Below, one piece after another: positions 49,301 to 58,546 of a DNA stretch of 64,000 nt. Position numbers and translations under genes: made by a program. Position 1 is the first letter of the stretch. The number at the start of each line of letters is the position of its first letter. The DNA is from Bdellovibrionales bacterium (GTDB lineage Bacteria > Bdellovibrionota > Bdellovibrionia > Bdellovibrionales > JAUICD01). Below the pieces are notes generated by a model, which saw only the letters and a list, made by a program, of their open reading frames with translations, was not told the origin of the DNA and did not search any database. The DNA lies in contig OZ253553.1 of assembly GCA_965262715.1 (NCBI GenBank), positions 512,001 to 576,000 on the forward strand, given 5' to 3'.

Positions 49301-50364
49301 GAAATTAGAGGTAATAGGTACAAATGTTCATAGACTTTTACTGAAACAGCACGATTCCCTTAACATGATGTTAAATAATGAGGAGTATCTGGTTTACTAA
49401 AATGCATCAGGCTTTCTAGGTAGTCAGCTATTTGCTGACGATGTGAACCGCCTGAGCTGACTACCAGAAAGTCGCCAGAGGCTCGCCTCGAGAGGCGAGA
49501 TGCATTTTAGTGAAAAAAAAGCAGGTTCATTTTGAGGAAGACAGCTCTTTTATATAAGAAATTAGAGGTAATAGGTACAAACGTTCATAGACTTTTACTG
49601 AAACAGCACGATTCCCTTAACATGATGTTAAATAATGAGGAGTATCTGGTTTACTAAAATGCATCAGGCTTTCTAGGTAGTCAGCTATTTGCTGACGATG
49701 TGAACCGCCTGAGCTGACTACCAGAAAGTCGCCAGAGGCTAGCCTCGAGAGGCGAGATGCATTTTAGTGAAAAAAAAGCAGGTTCATTTTGAGGAAGACA
49801 GCCCTTTTATATAAGAAATTAGAGGTAATAGGTACAAACGTTCATAGACTTTTACTGAAACAGCACGATTCCCTTAACATGATGTTAAATAATGAGGAGT
49901 ATCTGGTTTACTAAAATGCATCAGGCTTTCTAGGTAGTCAGCTATTTGCTGACGATGTGAACCGCCTGAGCTGACTACCAGAAAGTCGCCAGAGGCTCGC
50001 CTCGAGAGGCGAGATGCATTTTAGTGAAAAAAAAGCAGGTTCATTTTGAGGAAGACAGCTCTTTTATATAAGAAATTAGAGGTAATAGGTACAAACGTTC
50101 ATAGACTTTTACTGAAACAGCACGATTCCCTTAACATGATGTTAAATAATGAGGAGTATCTCGTTTACTAAAATGCATCAGGCTTTCTAGGTAGTCAGCT
50201 ATTTGCTGACGATGTGAATCGTCAGGCTGACTACCAGAAAGTCGCCAGTCAGGCTGACTACCAGAAAGTCGCCAGAGGCGAGATGCATTTTAGTGAAAAT
50301 AGTTAGATAAAGTTATGAACCACTGGAAATGTTTATTAAGTTTTTATTTTTGAGACCAGTTCTA
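46343..50364. mobile_element. Putative non-autonomous (MITE-like) element enclosing the tandem array
   Basis: Imperfect inverted ends tagaagccatctcaaaaat (46343) / atttttgagaccagttcta (to ~50364); no transposase inside. Confidence 0.45.
46569..50299. repeat. Tandem array of 257-bp R1-derived units: 14 full copies plus a rearranged partial 15th
   Basis: actaaaatgcat recurs at 46569+257n (n=0..14); no ORF of 60 aa or more; no unique spacers. Confidence 0.97.
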
Positions 50365-50375
50365 ATTAAGTTGTA

Positions 50376-50687
50376 TCATGCTACTGTGACAGTTAAGTTA
50401 ATGTGTGCATCTCTTAACTTGTCTTGGAGTGCAAGTTGAATCCAATATGCTTCTGGTTCTCCAATAGCACAAGCAATATTTTTTGCTGTTGTAGGAGATG
50501 GGATCTTCTTTCCTTTCTCAATATCAGAAAGACTTTGAACAGATAGTCCCAATAGAGCAGCACATTTACGTAAGGTTAAATTACGACATTGCCTTTCTGA
50601 AGCAATAGCAGATGCAAAAGTGAGTCTTCCAATATCTCGACTAAGTTCTTTTGTTCCATATTTTATCGTATATTTTTTCTTTGCCAT
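50376..50687 (-). CDS. XRE/HigA-like helix-turn-helix antitoxin or regulator
   Basis: LTLRKCAALLGLSVQSLSDIEKGKKIPS...YWIQLALQD; RBS aaggaa. Confidence 0.8.
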   Translation of the reverse strand: MAKKKYTIKYGTKELSRDIGRLTFASAIASERQCRNLTLRKCAALLGLSVQSLSDIEKGKKIPSPTTAKNIACAIGEPEAYWIQLALQDKLRDAHINLTVTVA

Positions 50688-50697
50688 TGTATTTCCT

Positions 50698-50766
50698 TTA
50701 ATATTTGTGTTTGTGCACTCAAATTATAATAATAAAATTTATATTTGCATCTATTTTTATGTTTTT
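50698..50766 (-). pseudogene. 3' remnant of a RelE/HigB-like toxin gene
   Basis: Reads KNIKIDANINFIIII*VHKHKY*, ending 10 nt before the antitoxin ATG; truncated by an R3 repeat. Confidence 0.55.
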
Positions 50767-50840
50767 TCCGGTAGTCCGGTAAACCGGTAGTCGGGCCATC
50801 AGTTCCCGGAAACCGGTTTCACGGAGGCCAGATCCCGGAT
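50766..50840. repeat. R3 family repeat
   Basis: ccggtagtccggtaaaccggtagtcggg...cccggaaaccggtttcacggaggccagatcccgg. Confidence 0.7.
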
Positions 50841-50927
50841 AAAAAAAGAAACCTTTTGTAAAATATATTGTAACCTCTTGACTATTTGAATAAAAAACAC
50901 ATTCATTTTCCTTAAAATAAACTAACT

Positions 50928-51200
50928 TCTGTTTCACTAAAATGCATCTGGCCTCTGGCCATTTTCTGGCGATGACCCTGACATGTTTACACTGTCAGTA
51001 TGGTCATCGCCTGGAAAAATTGATGCATTTTAGTAGGGAGGATATCTTCATTGTCTTACGTCATGTTAGGGAAATCCTTGTTGTTTATCAGTCAGCCTGA
51101 CGGGTCGTAGCGTCAGTAAAAAGCTGATTGCCTCAAAAATTCATTTATTTTAAGGAGGGAGATATTCTTTATGTTCTTACATCATGTTAAGGAAAACTTT
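50928..51200 (+). repeat. R1 hairpin repeats (one full, one partial)
   Basis: ctaaaatgcatc/gatgcattttag and ggcgatgacc/ggtcatcgcc stems; two ttac.tcatgtta.gg tails. Confidence 0.75.
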
Positions 51201-51245
51201 CTATAATGTATTTTAAAGATTCATAACTACTTAAACATTTTTCCA

Positions 51246-51287
51246 AGTTCCCAGAGATCGGATTCCCGGAGGCCATGTCCCGGATAA
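51246..51287. repeat. R3 family repeat (partial)
   Basis: agttcccagagatcggattcccggaggccatgtcccggat, similar to 50800-50840. Confidence 0.6.
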
Positions 51288-51419
51288 AAAAAGAAAACTT
51301 TTATAAAATATATTGTAACCCCTTGACTATTTGAATAAAAAACACATCTTATAAGAGCGGATGTATCCAAATGGGGTCTATTCTTTCGTCTTATTATAAA
51401 GCAATAAATAGGTTTGAGT

Positions 51420-52547
51420 ATGCAAGAAGATTATTATGATGTTTTAGGTGTTCCTCGTCAGGCTGGGCAGTCGGATATTAAAAAAGCTTACAGGCAGTTA
51501 GCATTAAAGTATCATCCTGATAGAAACCCTAATGACAAGAATGCTGAAGAAAAATTCAAAAAAGCTGCAGAGGCTTATGACGTGCTTGGTAATCCTGAAA
51601 AGCGCAGTCGGTATGATCAATTTGGACATGCTGCATTTCAGCAGACTGGTGGTCAGTATTCTGGATCTATGAATTTAAACGATATATTTTCAAATTTTGG
51701 CGATGTTTTCGAAGACTTTTTCAGCGGAGGTATGGGAGGTGGAAGTTCAAGACAAAGATCAAGATCACACCAAGGGGCAGACCTTCGTTATACATTAGAA
51801 ATTACAATAGAAGATGTCATCAATGGTTTTGAAGAGAGTATCGAGTTTGATTGTGAAGAAAACTGTTTGACATGTGAAGGTAGTGGAGCAGATCCAAAGC
51901 ATGGCTTAGAGATATGTCAAAAGTGTAACGGAACGGGACAAGTTGTTCGTTCTCAAGGTTTTTTTTCTATGGCCTCTACTTGCGCACATTGCAGAGGTCA
52001 AGGCCAGAGAGTTAAATACCCTTGTCATTCTTGTGGAGGGCAGGGCCGATCTGTAAAGCCTAAAAAGGTTGAGGTGAAGGTACCAAAAGGGGTGGATTCA
52101 GGGCTAAAATTAAGATATGAAGGTGAAGGGGAAGGTGGATATAATAAGGGTACTCATGGAGATCTTTATGTGGAAATCCATGTTCTAGACCATAAAGAGT
52201 TTGAAAGAAAAGATGATGATCTCTATGGAGAGGTTCATATCTCATATCTTCAGGCTATTTTAGGGACTCATATTCAGGTCAATACACTTGATGGCAAAAA
52301 GAAGCTTAAAATTCCTTTAGGTACACAACCAAATCAACTGCTCCGGCTCTCTGGCTTAGGCATCCCTCACCTAGACTTAAAAAGCAGGTCTTTTATTAAA
52401 ACCAAAGGACGTGGAGATTTACTTTTTACTGTTTTTGTAGATTTGCCTAAAAAGCCTAAAAAGCAGGAAGAAAAACTTTTAAGACAAATTGCAGAAATGA
52501 AAAAGGAAGATATCAGTGAGTCTCTAGGTTTTCTTGGAAAAAGATAA
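51420..52547 (+). CDS. dnaJ: Chaperone DnaJ
   Basis: J domain with HPD, G/F-rich region, four CxxCxGxG repeats. Confidence 0.97.
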   Translation: MQEDYYDVLGVPRQAGQSDIKKAYRQLALKYHPDRNPNDKNAEEKFKKAAEAYDVLGNPEKRSRYDQFGHAAFQQTGGQYSGSMNLNDIFSNFGDVFEDFFSGGMGGGSSRQRSRSHQGADLRYTLEITIEDVINGFEESIEFDCEENCLTCEGSGADPKHGLEICQKCNGTGQVVRSQGFFSMASTCAHCRGQGQRVKYPCHSCGGQGRSVKPKKVEVKVPKGVDSGLKLRYEGEGEGGYNKGTHGDLYVEIHVLDHKEFERKDDDLYGEVHISYLQAILGTHIQVNTLDGKKKLKIPLGTQPNQLLRLSGLGIPHLDLKSRSFIKTKGRGDLLFTVFVDLPKKPKKQEEKLLRQIAEMKKEDISESLGFLGKR

Positions 52548-52622
52548 GTTATACCTTGACTGATTGAAATTCATAACCACATTATTTGAGTGACCATAAA
52601 AAACTAAGAAGGAGGATAGAAA

Positions 52623-54569
52623 GTGGGAAGGGTTATCGGAATTGACTTAGGAACAACAAATTCTTGTGTAGCTATTGTTGAAGATGGACAACCTGAGGTA
52701 CTCACAAATCAAGAGGGAGCTCGAACAACACCGTCTGTTGTTGCTTTTACAAAAGAAAATACAAGTTTAGTAGGTCAAATTGCTAAGAGACAATCGGTAA
52801 CAAATCCTGAAAACACTATTTATTCTGCAAAACGATTTATAGGTAAAAACTTTAATGAAGTTAAAAATGAAAAACACAGAATGCCTTATAAGATCATTCA
52901 AAAAGGTGATGGTTGTGCATTTGATATCAAAGGTGAAACCTATACTCCTGAACAAATTTCTTCAATTATTTTACAAAAATTAAAAGCTGCAGCAGAAGAT
53001 TACTTACATGATAAGGTGACAGAAGCGGTGATCACTGTTCCAGCTTATTTTAATGATTCTCAAAGACAGGCTACAAAAGACGCAGGTAAAATTGCAGGCC
53101 TTGAGGTCAAGCGCATTATCAATGAGCCAACGGCTGCTGCTCTTGCTTACGGGTATGGTATTGATAAGAAGAATAATGGCAAGGAGATTAAGAAAGTTAT
53201 TGTATTTGATTTTGGTGGAGGTACTTTTGATATTTCTATTATAGAAATTGATAGTAGCCTTGTAGAAGTTAAGGCTACAAATGGAGATACTCGTTTAGGA
53301 GGAGATGATTTTGATAAAGTTATTTTAGAATGGTTATTTGTCGAGTTTAAAAAAACCAATGGTATTGATCTTTCGACAGATAAAATGGCACTGCAAAGAC
53401 TTAAAGAGGCTACAGAGAAAGCAAAGATTGAATTAAGTGCTGTTATGGAGACAGAGATCAACCTGCCATTTATCACTGCCGATGCTTCAGGTCCAAAGCA
53501 TTTAAATATGAAATTGACTCGATCTAAATTTGAAAGTCTTTCAGAAGATCTTATTCAAAGATCTATTAATTGTTGCAAAATGGCTTTGGAAGATTCTGGG
53601 TTTAAAGTTTCTGAAATTGATGAGGTTTTATTAGTGGGAGGGTCTACTCGTATACCTGCTATTCAAGAAGCCATTAAAGATTTTTTCAAAAAAGAACCTA
53701 ACAAATCAATCAATCCTGATGAAGTTGTTGCATTGGGTGCAGCATTGCAAGGTGGTATCTTATCAAGTGATGTTAAAAATATTTTGTTATTAGATGTCAC
53801 ACCTCTATCTTTAGGTATAGAAACATTAGGAGGTGTTTGTACAAGATTGATTGATAGAAATACAACAATTCCGACTAAAAAATCTCAGGTGTTTTCTACA
53901 TCAACGGACAATCAACCTAGTGTCATTGTTCACATTTTGCAGGGTGAACGTAATATGGCCACAGATAATAAGTCATTAGGGCAATTTGAGCTTTCTGGTA
54001 TTGCTTCTGCGCCTAGAGGTGTACCTCAGATTGAAGTCAATTTTGATATTGATGCTAATGGTATTCTTAATGTGAGCGCAAAAGACCTGCAATCGGGTAA
54101 GGAGCAATCTATACGTATTACATCTCGTTCAAATTTATCACAGGAAGATATTAAAAAGATGATTGATGATGCAGAAGCTTATGCAGAGGCAGATAAAAAT
54201 CATAAAGAAATGGTGGAGTTAAGAAATAATTTAGACCATACTATTTATCAGACAGAAAAACTTGTAAGTAAAAACCCAGATAAAATTTCAAAAGATATTC
54301 AGTCTCAAGTAGAGGAGGAAATAAAACTTGCGAAGGATCTGATATCATCTTCATCTAATGATAAGAAAAAGCTCTCTTCTGTTTCTGATAGTCTTACAAA
54401 ACTTTCTCAAAAAGTAACAGAGGAAATTTATAAAAACACTTCAAAAGAAGATACTCAAAAACAAAAGGCATCTTCATCTGAAGAGAAAAAAGATGCTAAA
54501 AAGGGTAAAGAGGATGTAATTGATGCAGATTTTAAAGATGTCGAAATAGATGCTAAGGATGTCAATTAA
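52623..54569 (+). CDS. dnaK: Chaperone DnaK (Hsp70)
   Basis: [49 protein letters not shown] start with RBS ggagg. Confidence 0.99.
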   Translation: MGRVIGIDLGTTNSCVAIVEDGQPEVLTNQEGARTTPSVVAFTKENTSLVGQIAKRQSVTNPENTIYSAKRFIGKNFNEVKNEKHRMPYKIIQKGDGCAFDIKGETYTPEQISSIILQKLKAAAEDYLHDKVTEAVITVPAYFNDSQRQATKDAGKIAGLEVKRIINEPTAAALAYGYGIDKKNNGKEIKKVIVFDFGGGTFDISIIEIDSSLVEVKATNGDTRLGGDDFDKVILEWLFVEFKKTNGIDLSTDKMALQRLKEATEKAKIELSAVMETEINLPFITADASGPKHLNMKLTRSKFESLSEDLIQRSINCCKMALEDSGFKVSEIDEVLLVGGSTRIPAIQEAIKDFFKKEPNKSINPDEVVALGAALQGGILSSDVKNILLLDVTPLSLGIETLGGVCTRLIDRNTTIPTKKSQVFSTSTDNQPSVIVHILQGERNMATDNKSLGQFELSGIASAPRGVPQIEVNFDIDANGILNVSAKDLQSGKEQSIRITSRSNLSQEDIKKMIDDAEAYAEADKNHKEMVELRNNLDHTIYQTEKLVSKNPDKISKDIQSQVEEEIKLAKDLISSSSNDKKKLSSVSDSLTKLSQKVTEEIYKNTSKEDTQKQKASSSEEKKDAKKGKEDVIDADFKDVEIDAKDVN

Positions 54570-54749
54570 AATCCTAATTATTAGTTTTTGTTTGTATGAT
54601 AGAATAAAATTTCTTTAAAATTTTATTCACATCTCAGTTAGTTCATAAAAGAAACCGTAGATTCCTAAATAATATTTGCGCAATAAAACCTATAATTTTC
54701 TGGAGCCTTGTTGCAGAAAGGTTTAAAGAATATGTATATAAAAGTTAGA

Positions 54750-54903
54750 AGAATTATAGCAGGCTTCTTCCATAGGCTCTAGGCAACCCCCGTGCCTTGT
54801 ATTGCTATTATTTTAAGATTTTATTATAGAATAAAATACTTTAAGAGATATTTATTCCCTAAGGCACTGGCCTAATCCTATTCCAGAAGCCTGCCATAAT
54901 TCT
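54750..54903. repeat. R2 family hairpin repeat
   Basis: agaattatagcaggcttct/agaagcctgccataattct arms, gtgcctt/aaggcac stem, central ttttattatagaataaaa. Confidence 0.75.
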
Positions 54904-55236
54904 CTTACATGTTTTGTAATAAAGCCATTTTCTGGCTTAAGCCTTTTTACATTCTCAAACTTATCTTTTATACAATAAACCAAAGAATATTGTAAATTCA
55001 GACATTTTTACAAAATACTCAGACAAGCAAATTGTCTGTAATAGATGAAGGTGATTTTTAAGAAACTCATCTTTTCCTGACAAAAAAGGACAACAATAAT
55101 GCCTTTTTTTGGCATTTTTATCATCTTTTTTACCTATTATAAGCATAATAGGAGCTTTTACGTCATTATCATCTGATATCCGCATGGCATTATTTTTGAA
55201 GATATTATTGTAGATCAGAAAATAAAGGAAATCTAA

Positions 55237-57033
55237 GTGATGAAATGCTTAAATGTAACATCTTTAATTTTAACAGTCATGTTGATAAATTCTGCATGTA
55301 GTAATACAGGAATGAATGGTGACATTAAAGGTCCTCGAAGCATAGAAGAGCAGGAAGGTCGAGGAGAGTTTGGGACGTTTTCAGTAGAAGATCGAGAAGC
55401 TTTAACAACAGCTCGTGATGAAATGATAAAAATACATGGGGATAACTTAAAAATAGAGAAAGATCGTCAGGAAGGTATTAGAAGAGAGATTGAAGAGATT
55501 GACAAACTTCTTGGAAGAGATCCTGAGGCTCAAACAGGGTCGGAAGAGCCTAAGTCACCTACTGAATCTGAAGTAGATCAGGATGAAATAAATAAAAGAA
55601 GAGAGTTAGAGGCTTTAGATGAGCAAGCTTTAGAAGAGAGATTACAAGTTCTAACCAGTGAATTTAATGAAGTTTCTCAAGAAGATATTCAGGATTGTCA
55701 AGAAATTGTGATTTGTCAGGCGCTTCTGCAAGAAATAAGACTTGTCAATGATGTTTTGGGAGAAAAAAGAAATAAAGATTTTTCTGAAGATGTAGAGCAT
55801 CTTTCAGAGGAAGAACTTTTACACGTAAGAGGAACTCTTGAAGATGAGCTTGAGGCGATTGAGTTAGAAAAAAGTCGCGCAAAAAATGCTATTGCAACAC
55901 TTGAACAGATACGTCCCAATGATTATCATTTTATTCGTGTTAAGCTATTTCCTAATCGGAGAGGTTATGGAAAGTTTCCGAATGTAGAAGGAGAAGATAG
56001 TAAATATGCCAAACTTCATAATAAAGGTGGATTTAAGGTTGAAGAAGTGGATATATCATCAAATCAAGTATTAAGACAGTTAGGTCAAGGCCATATAGTA
56101 GAGATGTTTTTCAATTGTCCTGAAAGACCTAGATGTTCAGACAATAAAGTTACTTTAGACGGCAATGAAGTTGTTGCACTATCATCATCTAGTAGTGCCA
56201 TATCTGTGACTCCTTTAAATTCAATTTCATCTGAAGGTAATAGTTATTTTGATTTAGGATTTACAAAAATAGAATACAGAGGTGTAAAACAAGGTCAAAA
56301 TGTATCTCATACTGGATTTTTTAGAGGAGGATTCCGTATTCAGTTTGCAAGACAAGGTAAAAATTCTGTAGCAAGTCATTGGTCAGTTATCAATGTTGTA
56401 AGTCTTGACGAATATTTATTATCGGTTACTCCTGCCGAGTTAAACACAAATAAGATTGAAGCTAGAAAAGCGCAAATTATTATTGCTAGAACATATGCCT
56501 TAAGTATGGCTCTTGCGGCTAGAACAAGTATTAAAAAACCTCGTTTGTGGGATGTGCTTCCAACGATTCTCAGCCAACTTTATCTGGGAGCAGAAAAAGA
56601 AAGAGCTGATTATTATCAAACTATTGTGGATACCAGGGGTCAAATCCTGATCAGTGGAGATGAACCTGCTTTAGCAGAGTTTTTCTCTTGTGCTGATCCA
56701 AGAACAATCAGTGAAGCTAGTGTTGCTGAACAAAGATCTAGAAGTGTTCCTTCTGATTCTTGTAAAAAGGTACGGCGCTTATTAAAACCACTTCGAAAAG
56801 ACAAGAGTATTTCTGCTTTTGGGCATGGACGTGGCTTTTGTCAACTTTGTGGTGAAAGGCTAGCTGAGTATGGATGGTCTCTAACTGATCCTAGACAACC
56901 AACTCAAGGAGCGGCTGTTCCTTCCGATCCGTCTAGGCCATGGACAGCTGAAGAGATAGCTCATTACTTTTATGAAGGCACTAAAGTTGGCGATATGTCA
57001 GAACTCTCTAAGTTGTCAGAGGTTTCCATTTAA
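55237..57033 (+). CDS. SpoIID/LytB-domain lipoprotein (lytic transglycosylase-like) with coiled-coil N-terminus
   Basis: Lipobox-like INSAC; INVVSLDEYL.SV.PAE, KAQIIIARTYA, SQLYLG, GHGRGFCQ. Confidence 0.8.
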   Translation: MMKCLNVTSLILTVMLINSACSNTGMNGDIKGPRSIEEQEGRGEFGTFSVEDREALTTARDEMIKIHGDNLKIEKDRQEGIRREIEEIDKLLGRDPEAQTGSEEPKSPTESEVDQDEINKRRELEALDEQALEERLQVLTSEFNEVSQEDIQDCQEIVICQALLQEIRLVNDVLGEKRNKDFSEDVEHLSEEELLHVRGTLEDELEAIELEKSRAKNAIATLEQIRPNDYHFIRVKLFPNRRGYGKFPNVEGEDSKYAKLHNKGGFKVEEVDISSNQVLRQLGQGHIVEMFFNCPERPRCSDNKVTLDGNEVVALSSSSSAISVTPLNSISSEGNSYFDLGFTKIEYRGVKQGQNVSHTGFFRGGFRIQFARQGKNSVASHWSVINVVSLDEYLLSVTPAELNTNKIEARKAQIIIARTYALSMALAARTSIKKPRLWDVLPTILSQLYLGAEKERADYYQTIVDTRGQILISGDEPALAEFFSCADPRTISEASVAEQRSRSVPSDSCKKVRRLLKPLRKDKSISAFGHGRGFCQLCGERLAEYGWSLTDPRQPTQGAAVPSDPSRPWTAEEIAHYFYEGTKVGDMSELSKLSEVSI

Positions 57034-57266
57034 TAGTTTTATTGAACATTGTTGTATAAATATTAGATATAATGATTCAAAATGAGAGCTTACCGAAGTC
57101 CCTTGTAGTACAATCCATGAATAAAGAAAACTTGCTATTTTAATTTTAACTCAAATTGTAAAAGATAAAGCTTTATTTTTGATGTAGCTTCTATTATTGT
57201 AAATCATATTCCTATGTTAAAATAAATTAAGGTTACTTTCTAACTATCCATAAAAGGGTTTTAATT

Positions 57267-57644
57267 ATGTCTAAAAAATATTTAAATGTACCTTCACCTT
57301 TAGGTCCTTATAGTTCTTTTAGAGAAGTAAATGGGTTTGTATTTTGTTCTGGACAAATTGCTGTCAATCCTCAAACAAATCAAATTGTTTCAGAAGATAT
57401 TAAAGAGCAAACAAAGCAGGTGATGGAAAATATAAAAGCTGTTTTGGCATCTACTGATCTGAGCTTAAAACATATTGTTAAGACAACTATTTTTTTAACT
57501 TCTATAAAAGATGTACCTGAAGTCAATGAAACTTATGCTTCTTACTTTTCAGATACTGCTTTGCCAGCTAGATCATGTGTAGAAGTTTCTAACTTACCTA
57601 AAGATGTTAAAATAGAAATCGAAGTTTTAGCATCTCGATGCTAA
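57267..57644 (+). CDS. RidA/YjgF family reactive-intermediate deaminase
   Basis: GPYS, SGQI, QTKQVMENI, PARSCVEV..LPK...IEIE. Confidence 0.92.
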   Translation: MSKKYLNVPSPLGPYSSFREVNGFVFCSGQIAVNPQTNQIVSEDIKEQTKQVMENIKAVLASTDLSLKHIVKTTIFLTSIKDVPEVNETYASYFSDTALPARSCVEVSNLPKDVKIEIEVLASRC

Positions 57645-57723
57645 ACCTCTGGAGGCTAGCATCCAGATGTTATAAGGTACATTGCTTATTAAAAAACAGA
57701 TGAGGCTAATGTATTTAGAGAGG

Positions 57724-58389
57724 TCAGGTACACCGCCATTGTCCTCGTCTTTCAACATACCAATTTCTAAATAAGGCTCTGTACATAGCATTTGTATGAC
57801 TTCCTTCTGTGGATATAAAAGATTTGGCACTATTTAAGACTTCTATAGCACTAGAGATATCTGAAGAAGCGATTTGATTTACTGTTAACATCCTAATAGT
57901 CTGTCTTATAAAACTGTGTGTTGGGCTTAACAATAAAGCTTCTTGTAATTTTTCTGCAAGCTCAATCTCGCTATTGTTTGATCTAGTTGTATCTTGCCTA
58001 ATTGTATTTTGCCTAATGTATCGTTCTAAAGATATTATAGACAGTCTGAAGTGCCCCCAGTCTTCACTATTGAGTGAGCGATGTATATCTCTAATGGTGC
58101 GCTCATTTGCTCCCCACCTTTCATATATCCTGCTTTGTACAATTTCTGGCAGGGAAGATGGGCGTGGATTATTATTTGCTCTATTTGAAGAATCTAAAGG
58201 TTGTCTTGTGCCTGGTCGTATTGGTTCTGCTGCTCCCTCTGTTGATCTTGGATCTATTGTTCTGCTTCTTACTTCCGTTCGTGATATTCCTCTGCCTCTT
58301 TTGGCTTGTGATGTTTCAGAAATAAAAATAGCACAAGCAATCATTATGGCGGTCAAGTACTTATATTTAATCATAATATATATCCTCAT
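57724..58389 (-). CDS. Hypothetical secreted protein
   Basis: Signal-peptide-like N-terminus ending SQA; 221-aa ORF. Confidence 0.6.
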   Translation of the reverse strand: MRIYIMIKYKYLTAIMIACAIFISETSQAKRGRGISRTEVRSRTIDPRSTEGAAEPIRPGTRQPLDSSNRANNNPRPSSLPEIVQSRIYERWGANERTIRDIHRSLNSEDWGHFRLSIISLERYIRQNTIRQDTTRSNNSEIELAEKLQEALLLSPTHSFIRQTIRMLTVNQIASSDISSAIEVLNSAKSFISTEGSHTNAMYRALFRNWYVERRGQWRCT

Positions 58390-58546
58390 ATAATATGTAT
58401 TTTTTAAGGATACTAAGATAAAAAGATATTTTTGTCAAGTAAAGCTTAAAAAATCTTAAATAATAAAATGAATACATTAAAGGTATGTAAATATTTCATG
58501 ATTCATTGAAAATTTTATATATTTTAACAGTTACTAATTAATATCG

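Noticed and set aside
46569..50299. CRISPR or other guide-RNA array
   Set aside because: Units are 257 bp and nearly identical end to end, with no unique spacers and no cas-like gene in the window.
46569..50299. Pure assembly artefact
   Set aside because: Units carry recurrent, reassorted substitution haplotypes at constant length, unlike collapsed or error-derived copies; exact copy number still needs read support.
51420..54569. dnaJ before dnaK with no adjacent grpE or hrcA
   Set aside because: Order in this operon varies between lineages and cannot be judged unusual without comparative data.
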